The position numbers and the translations under genes were made by a program. 64,000 bases of DNA from an uncultured archaeon (lineage in GTDB: Archaea; Asgardarchaeota; Thorarchaeia; Thorarchaeales; Thorarchaeaceae), in the NCBI GenBank assembly GCA_964473825.1, contig CAYYQL010000001.1, positions 192,001 through 256,000 of the forward strand. The letters run 5' to 3'. Below, piece after piece: positions 27,539 through 38,417 of the stretch; within the stretch, counting starts at the first letter, position 1, and the number at the start of each line of letters is the position of its first letter. Below the pieces are notes generated by a model. It saw only the letters and a list, made by a program, of their open reading frames with translations, was not told the origin of the DNA and made no database searches.

Positions 27539-27757
27539 CTAGATCAAGATGTTGTAGCAATGAGCATCACAAGGCGTCTTCTCTTTATGAGGCCGCCAGA
27601 ACACTGCCCATTTCTCATCAACTATGGACAGAAGTATATAGTACTTCTGCTTTCTCAGTTCGGTGACCAGCTCTCTGGTGTCAGCAAGTGAGTCAAAGAG
27701 CTCAGCAAGACGAAATACCTCTCCGCCTATACGTCGCCATCGCCACTCAACTGTCAT
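27539..27757 (-). CDS. Small hypothetical protein
   Basis: 72-aa ORF with globular beta-alpha-beta pattern, fills an otherwise empty gap. Confidence 0.55.
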   Translation of the reverse strand: MTVEWRWRRIGGEVFRLAELFDSLADTRELVTELRKQKYYILLSIVDEKWAVFWRPHKEKTPCDAHCYNILI

Positions 27758-27831
27758 GAGTATATCTGTTGATCGAGCCTAATAACTAGCACGCAGTCTG
27801 TGAGTGGTAATCGAGTATTGCTCTGTTTCCA

Positions 27832-27861
27832 GAAAAAAGGAGGAGGTGGCACAAGGCCACC
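27832..27861 (-). terminator. Hairpin + U-tract terminator after the hppA remnant
   Basis: Minus strand GGTGGC-CTTGT-GCCACC-TCCTCC-TTTTTT. Confidence 0.55.
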
Positions 27862-27874
27862 ATCTAGTCTAGTC

Positions 27875-28800
27875 CTATTGTTCGTGGATCTCTGTCCGTA
27901 CTTCCATATCGGCGCCGGAGCCTGCCTCTGCTCTGCTCCTACGAATGGCCCAATAGGTCATTGGCAAGAGGATCAAGAGGACACCTAGAAGAGCAAGGTT
28001 GACCTTCATTTCAGCGCCGCACCGGAAAGTGACCATGAGGGGAGCAAGGATGAGAAACACAAGATTCACGACCTTGAGCATGGGCCAAGAGCCGGACCAG
28101 CAGTGTCCTTGAAGGTCACTGATAGTGTCGCCAATAACACCACACTGGTCACGCTCCCAGCCTTTGCCAAGGTGTTTCTCAGGAGCACAGGGCGGTCTTC
28201 GATGTACTTCTCGGCGTTGTCCCATGCGCCACCACCGTGGGACATGTGCACAGCTAGGAGCTGTCCGGACACGATGATTCTGCCGAGGAATCCACCCAGA
28301 GCCTCGACACCAAACAGAATCCCTAAAATGAGGGGTATCGAGGTGGTAATGGCTGAGAGGGCGATGACCTCCTTCTGAGTCGCACTCGTTGAGATGTCCA
28401 CAGCACGATCATAGTCTGGTTCCTTCGTGCCCTCCAGGATTGCGGGTATCTTGAACTGGCGTCGGATATCCTGACCATCTGACCCGCTGCACGTGAGACC
28501 GCCTTGATGTTCAGAGCTGAGAACAACCATGGGAGCACAGCACCAAGGAGTAGCCCAGAGAACACAGTTGGGCTGTCCAGGAGCAGGTGGTGAAGCCCGC
28601 CGATGACCAATAGGTTTCAAACAGACTCACCGCAGCAATGACAGCAGCATTCCGTGGGTCGTCCTCAGGATGCGCTGTTCCACCTTGCCCACAAGGTCTG
28701 CACCAACATCTGCCGTCTTGATATAGATTCCTCCACCTACTCGCATGAACAGGGCTAGGAGTGTGCGTCCGAGTCCAAAGCCGAGGAGAGCATCTGGACT
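27875..28800 (-). pseudogene. hppA: Membrane-bound H+/Na+-translocating pyrophosphatase pseudogene
   Basis: Fragments across three frames: [59 protein letters not shown] / FKDTAGP; several frameshifts and large deletions. Confidence 0.92.
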
Positions 28801-28884
28801 AGTCAAAGACGTGCCGCCAACATAGGCGAATCTTAAATATGCCAGAATAGACTTGGGAATCATAAACACCGCGAGGCTACTGTC

Positions 28885-29556
28885 ATGGAAGTCATCATCT
28901 CCCCATCAATTCTCTCTGCAGACTTCGCTCGACTCGAAGAAGACATACGTAAGGCGGAGAAGGGAGAACCCGACTATTTCCATCTTGATATCATGGACGG
29001 TCACTTTGTGCCAAACATCTCCTATGGACCAATGATCGCAGAAACGATGAATAGAATCACAGACAAACCCCTCGATGCCCATCTCATGATCACGAATCCA
29101 GACAAGTACATCCCCAAGTTTGTTGATGCCGGAGTAGAGCTGATCTATCCACATGCAGAGGCATCATATGATGTCTACAGGACGGTGCAGCTGATTGTTC
29201 ACGAAGGAGCAAAGGCCGGAATCACCCTGAATCCCGGCTCTCCCGTCGAACGGGTTGTTCCCCTGCTCGATTTGATCGACTCGGTCCTGATTATGAGCGT
29301 CTGCCCTGGATTTGGGGGGCAGAGATTCATCGAGTCATCCATTACTCGGATCAAGAAGCTCAGGCACATCTTGGATGATGAAAAGCCTGAAGTGAAGATT
29401 GCTGTCGATGGAGGAGTGACTATGGCGAACATAGGGGCCCTGCATGCTGCAGGTGCTGAGTTCTTCATTGCAGGATCTTCGGTATTCAAAGCAAAAGACA
29501 TAGCTCAAGCTGTCAGGGACCTGAGAAATGCTGCAAAGAATTGGTCACCGGACTAG
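28885..29556 (+). CDS. rpe: Ribulose-phosphate 3-epimerase
   Basis: [39 protein letters not shown]. Confidence 0.98.
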   Translation: MEVIISPSILSADFARLEEDIRKAEKGEPDYFHLDIMDGHFVPNISYGPMIAETMNRITDKPLDAHLMITNPDKYIPKFVDAGVELIYPHAEASYDVYRTVQLIVHEGAKAGITLNPGSPVERVVPLLDLIDSVLIMSVCPGFGGQRFIESSITRIKKLRHILDDEKPEVKIAVDGGVTMANIGALHAAGAEFFIAGSSVFKAKDIAQAVRDLRNAAKNWSPD

Positions 29557-29653
29557 GCTAGACTGGAATCACCAAAATGAATATCATCTGACAATTCTAC
29601 CACCAAAGACAAGAAGATATAACCAACCTTCGGAAACATAAGAGTTGATAGCG

Positions 29654-30298
29654 ATGAAGTTCTTCATAGACACCGCAAACGTCGAGGCCATCAGGCAAGC
29701 ACATGAGAGAGGTATGGTTGACGGGGTGACCACAAACCCGTCCCTTGTAGCAAAAGAAGGCCGCAATTTCAGGGAGATTGTGGATGAGATTGCTTCTTTT
29801 GTTGACGGACCTATCAGTCTCGAAGTGATCAGTGAAGACTCCGATGGCATGATCGAGGAAGCTCGAGAACTGAACACTTGGATAGACAATGCAGCCATCA
29901 AGATTCCAATGACTTGGGAGGGCTTGAAAGCCGTCAAGGTTCTCTCAGATGAGGGAATCCATACAAACGTCACCTTGTGTTTCAGCCCAAATCAAGCGCT
30001 CCTCGCCGCCAAGGCTGGGGCATCCTTCGTGTCCCCCTTCATTGGTCGTTTGGATGATATCGGTCACGTTGGCATGCAAATAGTTGTTGACATTGCAGAA
30101 ATATACAGCAACTACGCATTTGATACTGAGATTATCGTGGCTAGCATCAGACATCCAGTACATGTCTATGAGGCTGCAGTTGTCGGCGCGGATATCGCCA
30201 CAATACCCCCTACAGTGCTTGACAAGATGATCAATCATCCCCTCACGGATGTTGGTATCAAGCGATTTCTTGATGATTGGAAAAAAGCCAAGAAATGA
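29654..30298 (+). CDS. tal: Transaldolase / fructose-6-phosphate aldolase family
   Basis: [36 protein letters not shown]. Confidence 0.96.
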   Translation: MKFFIDTANVEAIRQAHERGMVDGVTTNPSLVAKEGRNFREIVDEIASFVDGPISLEVISEDSDGMIEEARELNTWIDNAAIKIPMTWEGLKAVKVLSDEGIHTNVTLCFSPNQALLAAKAGASFVSPFIGRLDDIGHVGMQIVVDIAEIYSNYAFDTEIIVASIRHPVHVYEAAVVGADIATIPPTVLDKMINHPLTDVGIKRFLDDWKKAKK

Positions 30299-30464
30299 GC
30301 GGTCCTCTAAGGGCAGAATGACTCGAGCAAAATGGTATCTTGCCAAGAGCTTGATTACGCAAAGTCACCCATCAGCAGATATTCTGCCTCCATGACGGTT
30401 TCGGGCGACTATGCATCAAGAATATAAACTAAGAGTACATGATAGCTGACCAGTGTGTTCTCAA

Positions 30465-32024
30465 ATGGAGCTTGAAGCAGACCTCGTGGTAATCAACGGG
30501 AAAGTCGTGACGATGAACCCCGAGAATCCAGATGCTACCGCCATGGCCGTGAAGAACTACAAGTTCTTGGTGGTTGGTGACGATGACTCCGTGATTGATC
30601 TTGTGGGAACTGCAAAACGGGTTGTTGACCTAGGAGGGAAGACTGTAGTTCCAGGGTTTGTCGATGCTCACACACACATAACCTATGCAGGCATGAGATC
30701 ATCCCACATCGACCTTGAAGATGCAAGGTCGATTGACGAAGTCAAGAAGATTTTGAAGAATGCGCTTCCACGTTACAGTCCCGGGGAATGGATCAGGGGT
30801 TACAATTGGGATGAAAGCAAATGGAAAGAGAGCAGATACATCACTGCTGAAGACCTTGACGAGGTTTCCACAGAACACCCTATAGCCATCGACAGAGTCG
30901 ATATGCATCTCACAAGCGCGAACAACTTTGCTCTTCGGGAGTTCAATCTGCCGTCAGAGAGCGAGGGGGTCATGACTGACGAAGATGGGAAACCGACCGG
31001 GGTCCTGAAAGACATAGTTGGGCTCTTCGGCGAGGCTGAACCCGCCTCACATAATCTTCAGGATGCAGTCTGTGCAGCGACGCGCCTTGCGAACAGGTAC
31101 GGAATAACGACAGCAGTTGACAACATCCAGTCGGGCTTTCTCAAAGCAATTCGTGATTGCGAACGTAAGGAGCTCCTGACTGCACGGCTTGTTGTAAACC
31201 CTCGTGTTGAGAATCTGGAACACATGATAGCACTCGGCATTACATCAGGCCTAGGCGGACCAATGGTACGCATCGGAGGAGTGAAGCTATTTGTGGATGG
31301 GTCCATTGGAGCCCGAACGGCCGCAGTCTCGGAACCGTACAAAGATGACCCCAAGAACACGGGCAAGATGTTCATGTCAGAGGATGAGCTTCGGGATATC
31401 TTCTCCAAAGCAGTAGAACATGGGATTCAGACACTAACTCATGCTATCGGAGATGCCGCAATCGAAACTGTCCTGAATGCGTTTGAATCACTGGATGAAG
31501 AACAGAAGGCGCATATTCGAGGCCAGAGACACAGGATAGAACATGCCGAGATGATATCCGAGTACCAAATCAGAAGAGCAGTGAGCCTCGGGGTCATCCT
31601 TTCAATGCAGCCCAACTTCGTTGGACAGTGGCAGCTCGAGGGCGGGCTCTATGAGAAACGCTTTGATGAAGAACGTGTTCGAGGGATGAATATGTTCAGA
31701 GTTGCTCTTGATAATGGCGCAAGAGTTGCCTTTGGATCTGATGGAATGCCCTATGGTCCTCTCTATGGTATCTGGGCATCTGCAACCCATCCAAATGATC
31801 GCGTTCGCCTCACAGTCGAAGAGGCACTCAGGTGCTATACTCTCGAGGGAGCATACTCTTCATTCATGGAACGGATTGCAGGAAGCATTCAAGTAGGAAA
31901 GAGGGCGGACTTTGTCGTTCTATCCGACCATATCCTCGAGTGCCCACCAGACAAGATTAAGGATATTCGAGTCGAAAGCACCTTCGTTGGTGGAATCGAA
32001 GAGTATTCAGCCATCAAGGAATGA
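30465..32024 (+). CDS. Metal-dependent amidohydrolase (YtcJ / amidohydrolase 3 family)
   Basis: PGFVDAHTH, KLFVDGSIGARTA, HAIGD, RHRIEH, GSD, GKRADFVVL. Confidence 0.93.
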   Translation: MELEADLVVINGKVVTMNPENPDATAMAVKNYKFLVVGDDDSVIDLVGTAKRVVDLGGKTVVPGFVDAHTHITYAGMRSSHIDLEDARSIDEVKKILKNALPRYSPGEWIRGYNWDESKWKESRYITAEDLDEVSTEHPIAIDRVDMHLTSANNFALREFNLPSESEGVMTDEDGKPTGVLKDIVGLFGEAEPASHNLQDAVCAATRLANRYGITTAVDNIQSGFLKAIRDCERKELLTARLVVNPRVENLEHMIALGITSGLGGPMVRIGGVKLFVDGSIGARTAAVSEPYKDDPKNTGKMFMSEDELRDIFSKAVEHGIQTLTHAIGDAAIETVLNAFESLDEEQKAHIRGQRHRIEHAEMISEYQIRRAVSLGVILSMQPNFVGQWQLEGGLYEKRFDEERVRGMNMFRVALDNGARVAFGSDGMPYGPLYGIWASATHPNDRVRLTVEEALRCYTLEGAYSSFMERIAGSIQVGKRADFVVLSDHILECPPDKIKDIRVESTFVGGIEEYSAIKE

Positions 32025-32033
32025 GGTGTTCAA

Positions 32034-33788
32034 TTGACCAGAATCAGGGTTTTGGATGATGACCTTGTTTCTCTCATCTCTGCAGGAGAAGTCATCGAGA
32101 ACCCCTCTTCAGTCGTCAAAGAACTGATAGAAAACTCACTCGATGCAAAGGCCTCTCGGATAGACATCGAGATTGAGAGAGGTGGGCTGTCAAAGATTCT
32201 TGTTTCAGATAACGGAGAAGGGATGACGAAAGATGACCTTATTGTGTCCATTCTTCGACACTCGACGAGCAAAATATCCAGCAAGTCCGACATTGGTAGG
32301 ATCAGAACATATGGGTTCAGAGGCGAGGCGCTTGCCAGCATATCAGCCGTTGCAGACATACAGATTCTAACTAGTGTTTCGGACAGGACCGTAGGAGCCA
32401 AACTGACAGCAAGGACAGGTGAGAGACCAATCGTTACTGATGCTTCAAGACCACGAGGCACGACCGTCATTGTAGAGGACCTGTTCGCACGGGTCCCCGC
32501 CAGAAAGAAACACCTTGGCAGTCCTGGACACGAAGGAATGCGAGTCAACGAGGTTGTCATGCGACATGCGGCAGTAAGGAATGATGTCGGATTCCGCCTT
32601 GTGCGTGATGGCCAGACCGCAATTGAAGTGCCGCCCACTCAAGACTGGTCTGACAGGGTTTCCAACATCATGGGACAAGAAATCGGTCAGAATCTTGTTC
32701 CGGTGAATCACGAGGAGCAGAAAGTAAGAATAAAGGGCTTTGTAGCGAGACCGCCAATATCCAGAGGAAACAGAAGTAGAGAGTTCTTCTATGTTTTGGG
32801 TCGGCCGATTGAAGATGAATCGTTGAGTAGAGCTATCGAGGCCTCTTACTCGACTCTCTTGATGCGAGGCAGATATCCTGTGTGTGTGCTTGACATCTCC
32901 TTAGAAGCAACGAATGTTGATGCTAATGTACATCCAACCAAGAAGGAAGTTCGAGTAACAGACCTCGACCAGATCGCTAAGACACTCAGAATCTCGGTCC
33001 GAAGAGTCTTACACCAAGATGAGATACCTCATTCATTGGGGATTCCCCACGGGGATAGGGACAGTGGCATCATCCCTCAAAGCACAACCTCTTCAGGTTC
33101 TACGAGGGGATTGATGAAGAATAGCCAGCCCCTAGTAGAACATCAGACACTTCTAGATCATTCCCAAATTGAGCCCAAGGACGAGGTAATGGAACTCCGT
33201 CCCCTCGGCGGCGAGTTCAGAATCATAGGACAGGCAATGAATCTGTACATCCTTCTTGAAACTGATGATGGCATTCTCGTGGTTGATCAACACGCAGCAA
33301 ATGAGCGAGTGATGTATGAGCGATTCAGAAGAGAAGTTAATGAGGGTTCGATTGGGGTTCAGGAGATGCTTGAGCCCATCGTCTTACAGCTCAGCACGAC
33401 TGACGTAGAAAGGATACTGGAGGTAGCCGACAATCTGGCAGAGATCGGATATGATATCAGCTTCTTCGGTGGAAATGAAGTGCTGATATCGGCAGTGCCT
33501 GAAATACTTGGCCGAAGTGTTTCTGAAGAGGACATGGTCGCGCTTATGGACCAAATCCTAGATATCGGAAGTGACCACGCCACTGAGCATTTCATGGATG
33601 AGCTCGTAAAGGTTACTGCATGTCACAATGCAATCCGAAGCGGACAGCCACTCAACAACGAAGAGATCAGAACACTCCTTGTTGAGCTTGCCCGTACCCA
33701 GGACAGATACAGTTGCCCGCATGGACGTCCAACTCTTTTCAAGATCACAGCTGCTGAACTGGAAAAGCGATTCAAGAGAAGAGTCTAA
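32034..33788 (+). CDS. mutL: DNA mismatch repair endonuclease MutL
   Basis: AGEVIENP..VKELIENSLDA, TSKI, GFRGEAL, DANVHPTK, DQHAANERVMYE, CPHGRP. Confidence 0.98.
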   Translation: MTRIRVLDDDLVSLISAGEVIENPSSVVKELIENSLDAKASRIDIEIERGGLSKILVSDNGEGMTKDDLIVSILRHSTSKISSKSDIGRIRTYGFRGEALASISAVADIQILTSVSDRTVGAKLTARTGERPIVTDASRPRGTTVIVEDLFARVPARKKHLGSPGHEGMRVNEVVMRHAAVRNDVGFRLVRDGQTAIEVPPTQDWSDRVSNIMGQEIGQNLVPVNHEEQKVRIKGFVARPPISRGNRSREFFYVLGRPIEDESLSRAIEASYSTLLMRGRYPVCVLDISLEATNVDANVHPTKKEVRVTDLDQIAKTLRISVRRVLHQDEIPHSLGIPHGDRDSGIIPQSTTSSGSTRGLMKNSQPLVEHQTLLDHSQIEPKDEVMELRPLGGEFRIIGQAMNLYILLETDDGILVVDQHAANERVMYERFRREVNEGSIGVQEMLEPIVLQLSTTDVERILEVADNLAEIGYDISFFGGNEVLISAVPEILGRSVSEEDMVALMDQILDIGSDHATEHFMDELVKVTACHNAIRSGQPLNNEEIRTLLVELARTQDRYSCPHGRPTLFKITAAELEKRFKRRV

Positions 33789-33833
33789 AGATTCCCAGGC
33801 ACCTCTCACTCAGAATCCATTCCCCAAGGTGAT

Positions 33834-35477
33834 TCACGATTCAGGAGCGGATAGCCTGTATGCACCCACACCTGCAATGACGACTCCCAACAAGACAGCA
33901 GGTATTCCCGCTACAATCATTAGCAGATAGATATTCTCGAATACTGTGCCAACTCTTATTCCCAGTATCAGAGACCCCAACACTAGGAACATAATGATGG
34001 TCATGCTGACAAAGGTATTGACATAGAAAGCACTACTCTTGGTATCTTCATAGGCAGGATTGAGTGCCGTAATCCCTGTTGCAATCATGACGCACCCACA
34101 CATGAGCACATAGCTGTGCAGACTCATCAACAGCCCGTCGACGACTGCGAGGTCCATAAGAAATGAAACAACTGTGGTGGGAAACAGAGCCAAGGGAATG
34201 GAGATCAAGAATGCCTGTATCAACCTAGCCTTCATGTATTTCCAAGCGCCTGATGGTCCGCTCTGTATGATCCAAAGCTGGTCCTTTGATTCCAAGAAAC
34301 CGACCCCACCGAACGTGAGTCCCGCAATCAGACCGAGCATCATGCTCACCATGAAAGTTGATAGCACAATGACAAGTATCGGGTCACCAATTCCGACAGG
34401 AGACGACGCATTGAGGATTACAGGGAGGATAATGGCCAAAATCGCTCCATATGCAACTCGAGAGATATTCTGAGCCTTTCGGCTGAACTCCTTAACAGAG
34501 GTAACGGTAAGAATCCCAGATGGACCAGGCATAACGCGTCTGAGCCCTCTGAGTATGGCATTCTCTCCCTTGACCGTAACCACCTTATCGGCACCCCTCG
34601 TGGTTTCCAAGGAGAACATTGTTTCAGAGGCAGAAAACCCACCGATGACTGTTACGCATGCGAAAAGAGAGAACAGCAGAGCATAGAGAATCGGGGGTAG
34701 GACAAGGATAATGCTGTAGAGGGCGATTAGAGCAGGCGGAAGAGTTAGGCTTGTAGTGGACACAGCAATCCAACTCACAAGGTCTGCACACCATGTTGAT
34801 GGAAGAATGAGAAAGATGTCCCATCCCATTATCTCGGTGAGGGGCCCTGCGAAGTACATCAGTCCGTAGACTGGAAGCAGAAAGACTAGTGCCACTACAA
34901 TGCTGAGCGCCTTGGCCAGATCATTACCTCTGGAAGAATCGCCAAGGCGGGCCTGGATACCTACTGAGAGAAGATTCGAAACCCAGATGGTCGCAAGCAC
35001 GAAGAGAAAGACGACAGCATACATGAGGAGTTGTCCCACTAGCGTGATGGAGAAGGCACTCACAATCACTGAGAAGAAAAGGGGAGCCATGAAGAGGGCA
35101 ATGAGAAAGTACACTGGAATCTTCCCAACAAACATCCCGAGAAGCATATCACGCGTTCGAATATTGCTGCTGAGCATGATCTCCCATTGGCCAATCTTGA
35201 TCTCCTGAAGTGAATATGAGAGTGGATAAAGTAGAATCATCAACCAGAGTATGAGCATGAGTGTTCGCATAATTCCCGGTAGCCCTGCCTGAATCAGCGC
35301 ATTTGGGTCAACCTCAAGCATCCAGAAGAAAGCAGAGAGGACTTCAGGCGCAAGAAGCAATGCCCAAGCGATGGCAAAGGCATAGATTCCTGCAAGAGCA
35401 ACAATCCGATTTCTTCGGAAGGTGGATGTTGAAACACGAAACTCGGCTTTTGCGATTGCCCACCAACCACGTGCCAA
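33834..35477 (-). CDS. Multi-pass ABC exporter permease-like membrane protein
   Basis: About 12 or more TM in two similar halves; directly downstream of an ABC ATPase. Confidence 0.75.
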   Translation of the reverse strand: MARGWWAIAKAEFRVSTSTFRRNRIVALAGIYAFAIAWALLLAPEVLSAFFWMLEVDPNALIQAGLPGIMRTLMLILWLMILLYPLSYSLQEIKIGQWEIMLSSNIRTRDMLLGMFVGKIPVYFLIALFMAPLFFSVIVSAFSITLVGQLLMYAVVFLFVLATIWVSNLLSVGIQARLGDSSRGNDLAKALSIVVALVFLLPVYGLMYFAGPLTEIMGWDIFLILPSTWCADLVSWIAVSTTSLTLPPALIALYSIILVLPPILYALLFSLFACVTVIGGFSASETMFSLETTRGADKVVTVKGENAILRGLRRVMPGPSGILTVTSVKEFSRKAQNISRVAYGAILAIILPVILNASSPVGIGDPILVIVLSTFMVSMMLGLIAGLTFGGVGFLESKDQLWIIQSGPSGAWKYMKARLIQAFLISIPLALFPTTVVSFLMDLAVVDGLLMSLHSYVLMCGCVMIATGITALNPAYEDTKSSAFYVNTFVSMTIIMFLVLGSLILGIRVGTVFENIYLLMIVAGIPAVLLGVVIAGVGAYRLSAPES

Positions 35478-35480
35478 GAG

Positions 35481-36254
35481 CTATTCCCTCCAGCTGAGCA
35501 GTTCCTCTCGGTCGATCTTTCCTCCAACAATCTTGAGATATGCATTTTCAAGATCTTCAGAATCCGTACGATTGATGATATCTTGTGGGGGTCCATGTTC
35601 AACGAGCTCACCCTCAACCAGTATTCCAATGACATCACATACATCCTCAGCGAAATCCGTGAGATGTGTGCAGATGAAGAAGGTTGTATTCGTCTCCTCA
35701 GCGAGGGCGTTGATAATCTCCTTCACAAGAGCACTCGCTGCCGGATCAAGGCGGGCGGTAGGCTCATCAAGAAAGACAAGTCGTGGTTCGTGGATCAGCG
35801 TCGAGGCCACCAGTACTTTCTGTTTCATTCCGGAGCTATAGCTCTCCAACAGGTCGTTCTGACGCTCAGTCAAATCCAGAAGCTTGAGTAGCCTGTTGAT
35901 TCTGCGTGCGAGTGCTTCGCCGCTCAGATCATACAGTCCTCCAATGAACTCTAGGAACTCATAGGCAGAGAGCTTTGAGTATAGGCCTGGTGCCTCAGGG
36001 AGGAGCCCGGTGGTCGCCTTGATTTGGTTTCTTTGGTTAGATATGTCGAAACCGCACACCGTTGCACTGCCTTCAGTGGGACGAAGTAGGCCTGAAAGCA
36101 TCCGTACGGTCGTTGTCTTCCCTGCACCGTTAGGCCCCAGATAACCGAATGTTGTTCCCCGTTCCACGTTGAGATTCAGAGGTTTCACAGCTTGAATGTG
36201 ACCAAAACTCTTCCTGAGGTCTCTTGTGCTTATCTCCACTCTATGCTCGGTCAT
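35481..36254 (-). CDS. ABC-2 type transporter ATP-binding protein
   Basis: GPNGAGKTT, YSSGMKQK, FLDEPT, TH. Confidence 0.95.
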   Translation of the reverse strand: MTEHRVEISTRDLRKSFGHIQAVKPLNLNVERGTTFGYLGPNGAGKTTTVRMLSGLLRPTEGSATVCGFDISNQRNQIKATTGLLPEAPGLYSKLSAYEFLEFIGGLYDLSGEALARRINRLLKLLDLTERQNDLLESYSSGMKQKVLVASTLIHEPRLVFLDEPTARLDPAASALVKEIINALAEETNTTFFICTHLTDFAEDVCDVIGILVEGELVEHGPPQDIINRTDSEDLENAYLKIVGGKIDREELLSWRE

Positions 36255-36401
36255 CAGACAAAACCCATTCCACCGCTCACACATTAGCCAAAAAAAGCAT
36301 CCGATGGACGCTGGAAGTCACAGATATGAAAGACCTGAAGAGTCCGAAAACAGTCAATACAGGAGGGAAGAGTGTCATGTGCTTCAATGGGCTGGAGCGT
36401 T

Positions 36402-37190
36402 TCACTTCCTATCGTGAAGCCCCAATATCGCGGCTCCGAGGGCTCCGGTCAGTTGGGGTTCTTTGGGGACCCAGATCGAAGCATCGAGTTCAGTTGAAAG
36501 GTAATGGACAAAAGCGGGATTCAACGCGACGCCACCGGTCAGAGCGAAAGACCCGGTGCTTCGGACTCGTCTTGACAATGAGGCAATCTTTGAAGCCATT
36601 GACGCATGAATACCGGCCGCTATGTCTTCGACTTTTTTGCCAGCCCCGATACGACCCACAACTTCACTCTCAGCGAAGACAGTACACGTGTTGCTTATGT
36701 CACAAGGATTCTCCGATTTGAGGGCCAACTGCCCGAATTCGCTCAGGGATATCTCCAGAACTCTAGCCATGACTTCGAGGAATCTACCGGTCCCAGCACT
36801 GCACTTGTCATTCAGCTCGAAATCCTCCGGTCGCCCATGTGCACCGATCCGGATAACCTTCGAGTCTTGTCCACCAACGTCGATGAGAAGGCGGATGTCG
36901 GGGTTTAGATGGTTTACTCCAACACTGTGACAGGTTATCTCGGTGATGTTTCTGTCAACCGATTCGATGAGAGAACGCCCGTATCCCGTGCTTACTGTCA
37001 CAGTGCTGTTCAAATCGACGGCCGCCTCACGCGATACCGCATCAAGACATCTCTCCGCAGCCACGACTGCAGAAGCCCCCGTGGGCAAGAGATGGCTTCC
37101 TAGGATACAGCAATCATTGTCAATCAACACAGCCTTCGTACTAGTTGAGCCTATGTCTAGTCCAATTCCGTACTCCATCTCTCCAGTCAC
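36402..37190 (-). CDS. hgdC: 2-hydroxyacyl-CoA dehydratase activase (HgdC/HadI family)
   Basis: DIGSTSTK, TGYGR, EITCH, DVGGQDSK, NDKCSAGTGRFLE, CTVFAESE. Confidence 0.93.
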   Translation of the reverse strand: MTGEMEYGIGLDIGSTSTKAVLIDNDCCILGSHLLPTGASAVVAAERCLDAVSREAAVDLNSTVTVSTGYGRSLIESVDRNITEITCHSVGVNHLNPDIRLLIDVGGQDSKVIRIGAHGRPEDFELNDKCSAGTGRFLEVMARVLEISLSEFGQLALKSENPCDISNTCTVFAESEVVGRIGAGKKVEDIAAGIHASMASKIASLSRRVRSTGSFALTGGVALNPAFVHYLSTELDASIWVPKEPQLTGALGAAILGLHDRK

Positions 37191-37202
37191 TCTCTCAGCT
37201 CC

Positions 37203-38411
37203 TCACATCAGCATCTCAAGCAACGCGTCAATCCGTGTCTGAACCTGTGCCTCGTTGAAAAGGCGGCTATCAACCATGTCGCCCTCGATGACCACACCCG
37301 GTACCCCGGTCCTCTCAGTAACAAGTTCCTTGGAAACCAGCTGCCCTAGTGAGTATCGCTTACACGACCTCACTGAGAATAATACAAAACCATCCAGGTC
37401 GTAGCCTTTGATGAGCTCACACATCTTGTCCACTTTCGCATCGAGTCCCTTGTTCAAGTATACGTTGCTGTATATCGTCGCGACGCTCTCAAAGAGGTCA
37501 TCTCCTGAGATCGACCCGGACCAGGCATGAGTATATGTATCAGCCGGGAAGACGACACCCCTCTTAGCCAGTCCGTTGAAGAATCTGAATATGTTGAACC
37601 ATGGAGGAATATTGTCCCACAACAAGCGAATCCGTTCATCTCTTATCGCCCCTATACCCTCTCGGACCCGGATGTTAACCTCATCCAGAAGCGCCTGGTA
37701 GTATTCGAGTATATGTTCTGTCCCTCTCATGGAAACCACGGGGGCCATCGCCAAGAAACGGTCTGCACAGTTCAGAGGACTTGGGCTGTTCTTACAGGCC
37801 TTCAGAGACTGGGTCCAGAGCGAAATAGCCCGAGTTGACAGCTCGGCAACTCTGCGAAGCCGACCCTCCTCGAGTTCTGTTCCGAAGTGCTCGGTCAAGA
37901 AATCAATTAGCCTGTGAATCCCGCTCTTGACGTACCGCATGTGATGAGAACTCTGACCTTCATCAAGAGGGGGTGTGTCGAGAAGGAAGACGGGAGCATC
38001 TGTGAGCTCTGACACTGCATCATACCATCGGAGAACGGTTCCACAGATGTTGTTGCATGCGAGAAGAACCTGTGGCAAGGGCAGCCCATTGAGAGGGCTG
38101 GCATCAGGGTGTACTACGGACCCTATACCTGAACGGGCATACGAGCAGAGTTCCTGAGAATAGCCCAGTTCTTCCGCGAATCCGCAGACAGTCGGTCCTA
38201 CCTTCTCGGAACCCACCACCGCTGTGTACTGCTCAGGATAGCTGGACGTGATACCCATTGCCTGTGGAATCTCAACCGGAAAGCCCGATGTTACCCACGC
38301 AAGCTTTCTCTCCTCGCTGGCGGTGTGACCCTCTAGCATATAGCGAAACATGACGTGTTGCAGCATGCTCTGGCTCTCCAGAGGGCGATAGGCCTTCTCT
38401 TTCTCTTCCTT
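37203..38411 (-). CDS. 2-hydroxyacyl-CoA dehydratase subunit (HgdA/FldB/BcrB family)
   Basis: PVEI..YPE, CSYAR, NNIC, SCK, IEGD..D.R; start either CTG 38411 (after GGAGGTG) or ATG 38366. Confidence 0.9.
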   Translation of the reverse strand, partial: KEEKEKAYRPLESQSMLQHVMFRYMLEGHTASEERKLAWVTSGFPVEIPQAMGITSSYPEQYTAVVGSEKVGPTVCGFAEELGYSQELCSYARSGIGSVVHPDASPLNGLPLPQVLLACNNICGTVLRWYDAVSELTDAPVFLLDTPPLDEGQSSHHMRYVKSGIHRLIDFLTEHFGTELEEGRLRRVAELSTRAISLWTQSLKACKNSPSPLNCADRFLAMAPVVSMRGTEHILEYYQALLDEVNIRVREGIGAIRDERIRLLWDNIPPWFNIFRFFNGLAKRGVVFPADTYTHAWSGSISGDDLFESVATIYSNVYLNKGLDAKVDKMCELIKGYDLDGFVLFSVRSCKRYSLGQLVSKELVTERTGVPGVVIEGDMVDSRLFNEAQVQTRIDALLEMLM

Positions 38412-38417
38412 CAGAGC

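Noticed and set aside
22883-28870. Mobile element or provirus as the explanation for the accessory segment
   Set aside because: No integrase, transposase, terminal repeats, flanking tRNA or viral genes seen.
30312-30388. SECIS-like AUGA...GA in the hairpin after tal (also AUGA in the 25110-25156 hairpin)
   Set aside because: No proper helix II above a GA quartet, and the upstream genes have no in-frame TGA.
36334-36375. CTGAAGA-GTCC looks like a hammerhead ribozyme core
   Set aside because: The required GGAC-GAAA partner is absent (GGAG-GGAA instead) and stems I and III cannot be formed.
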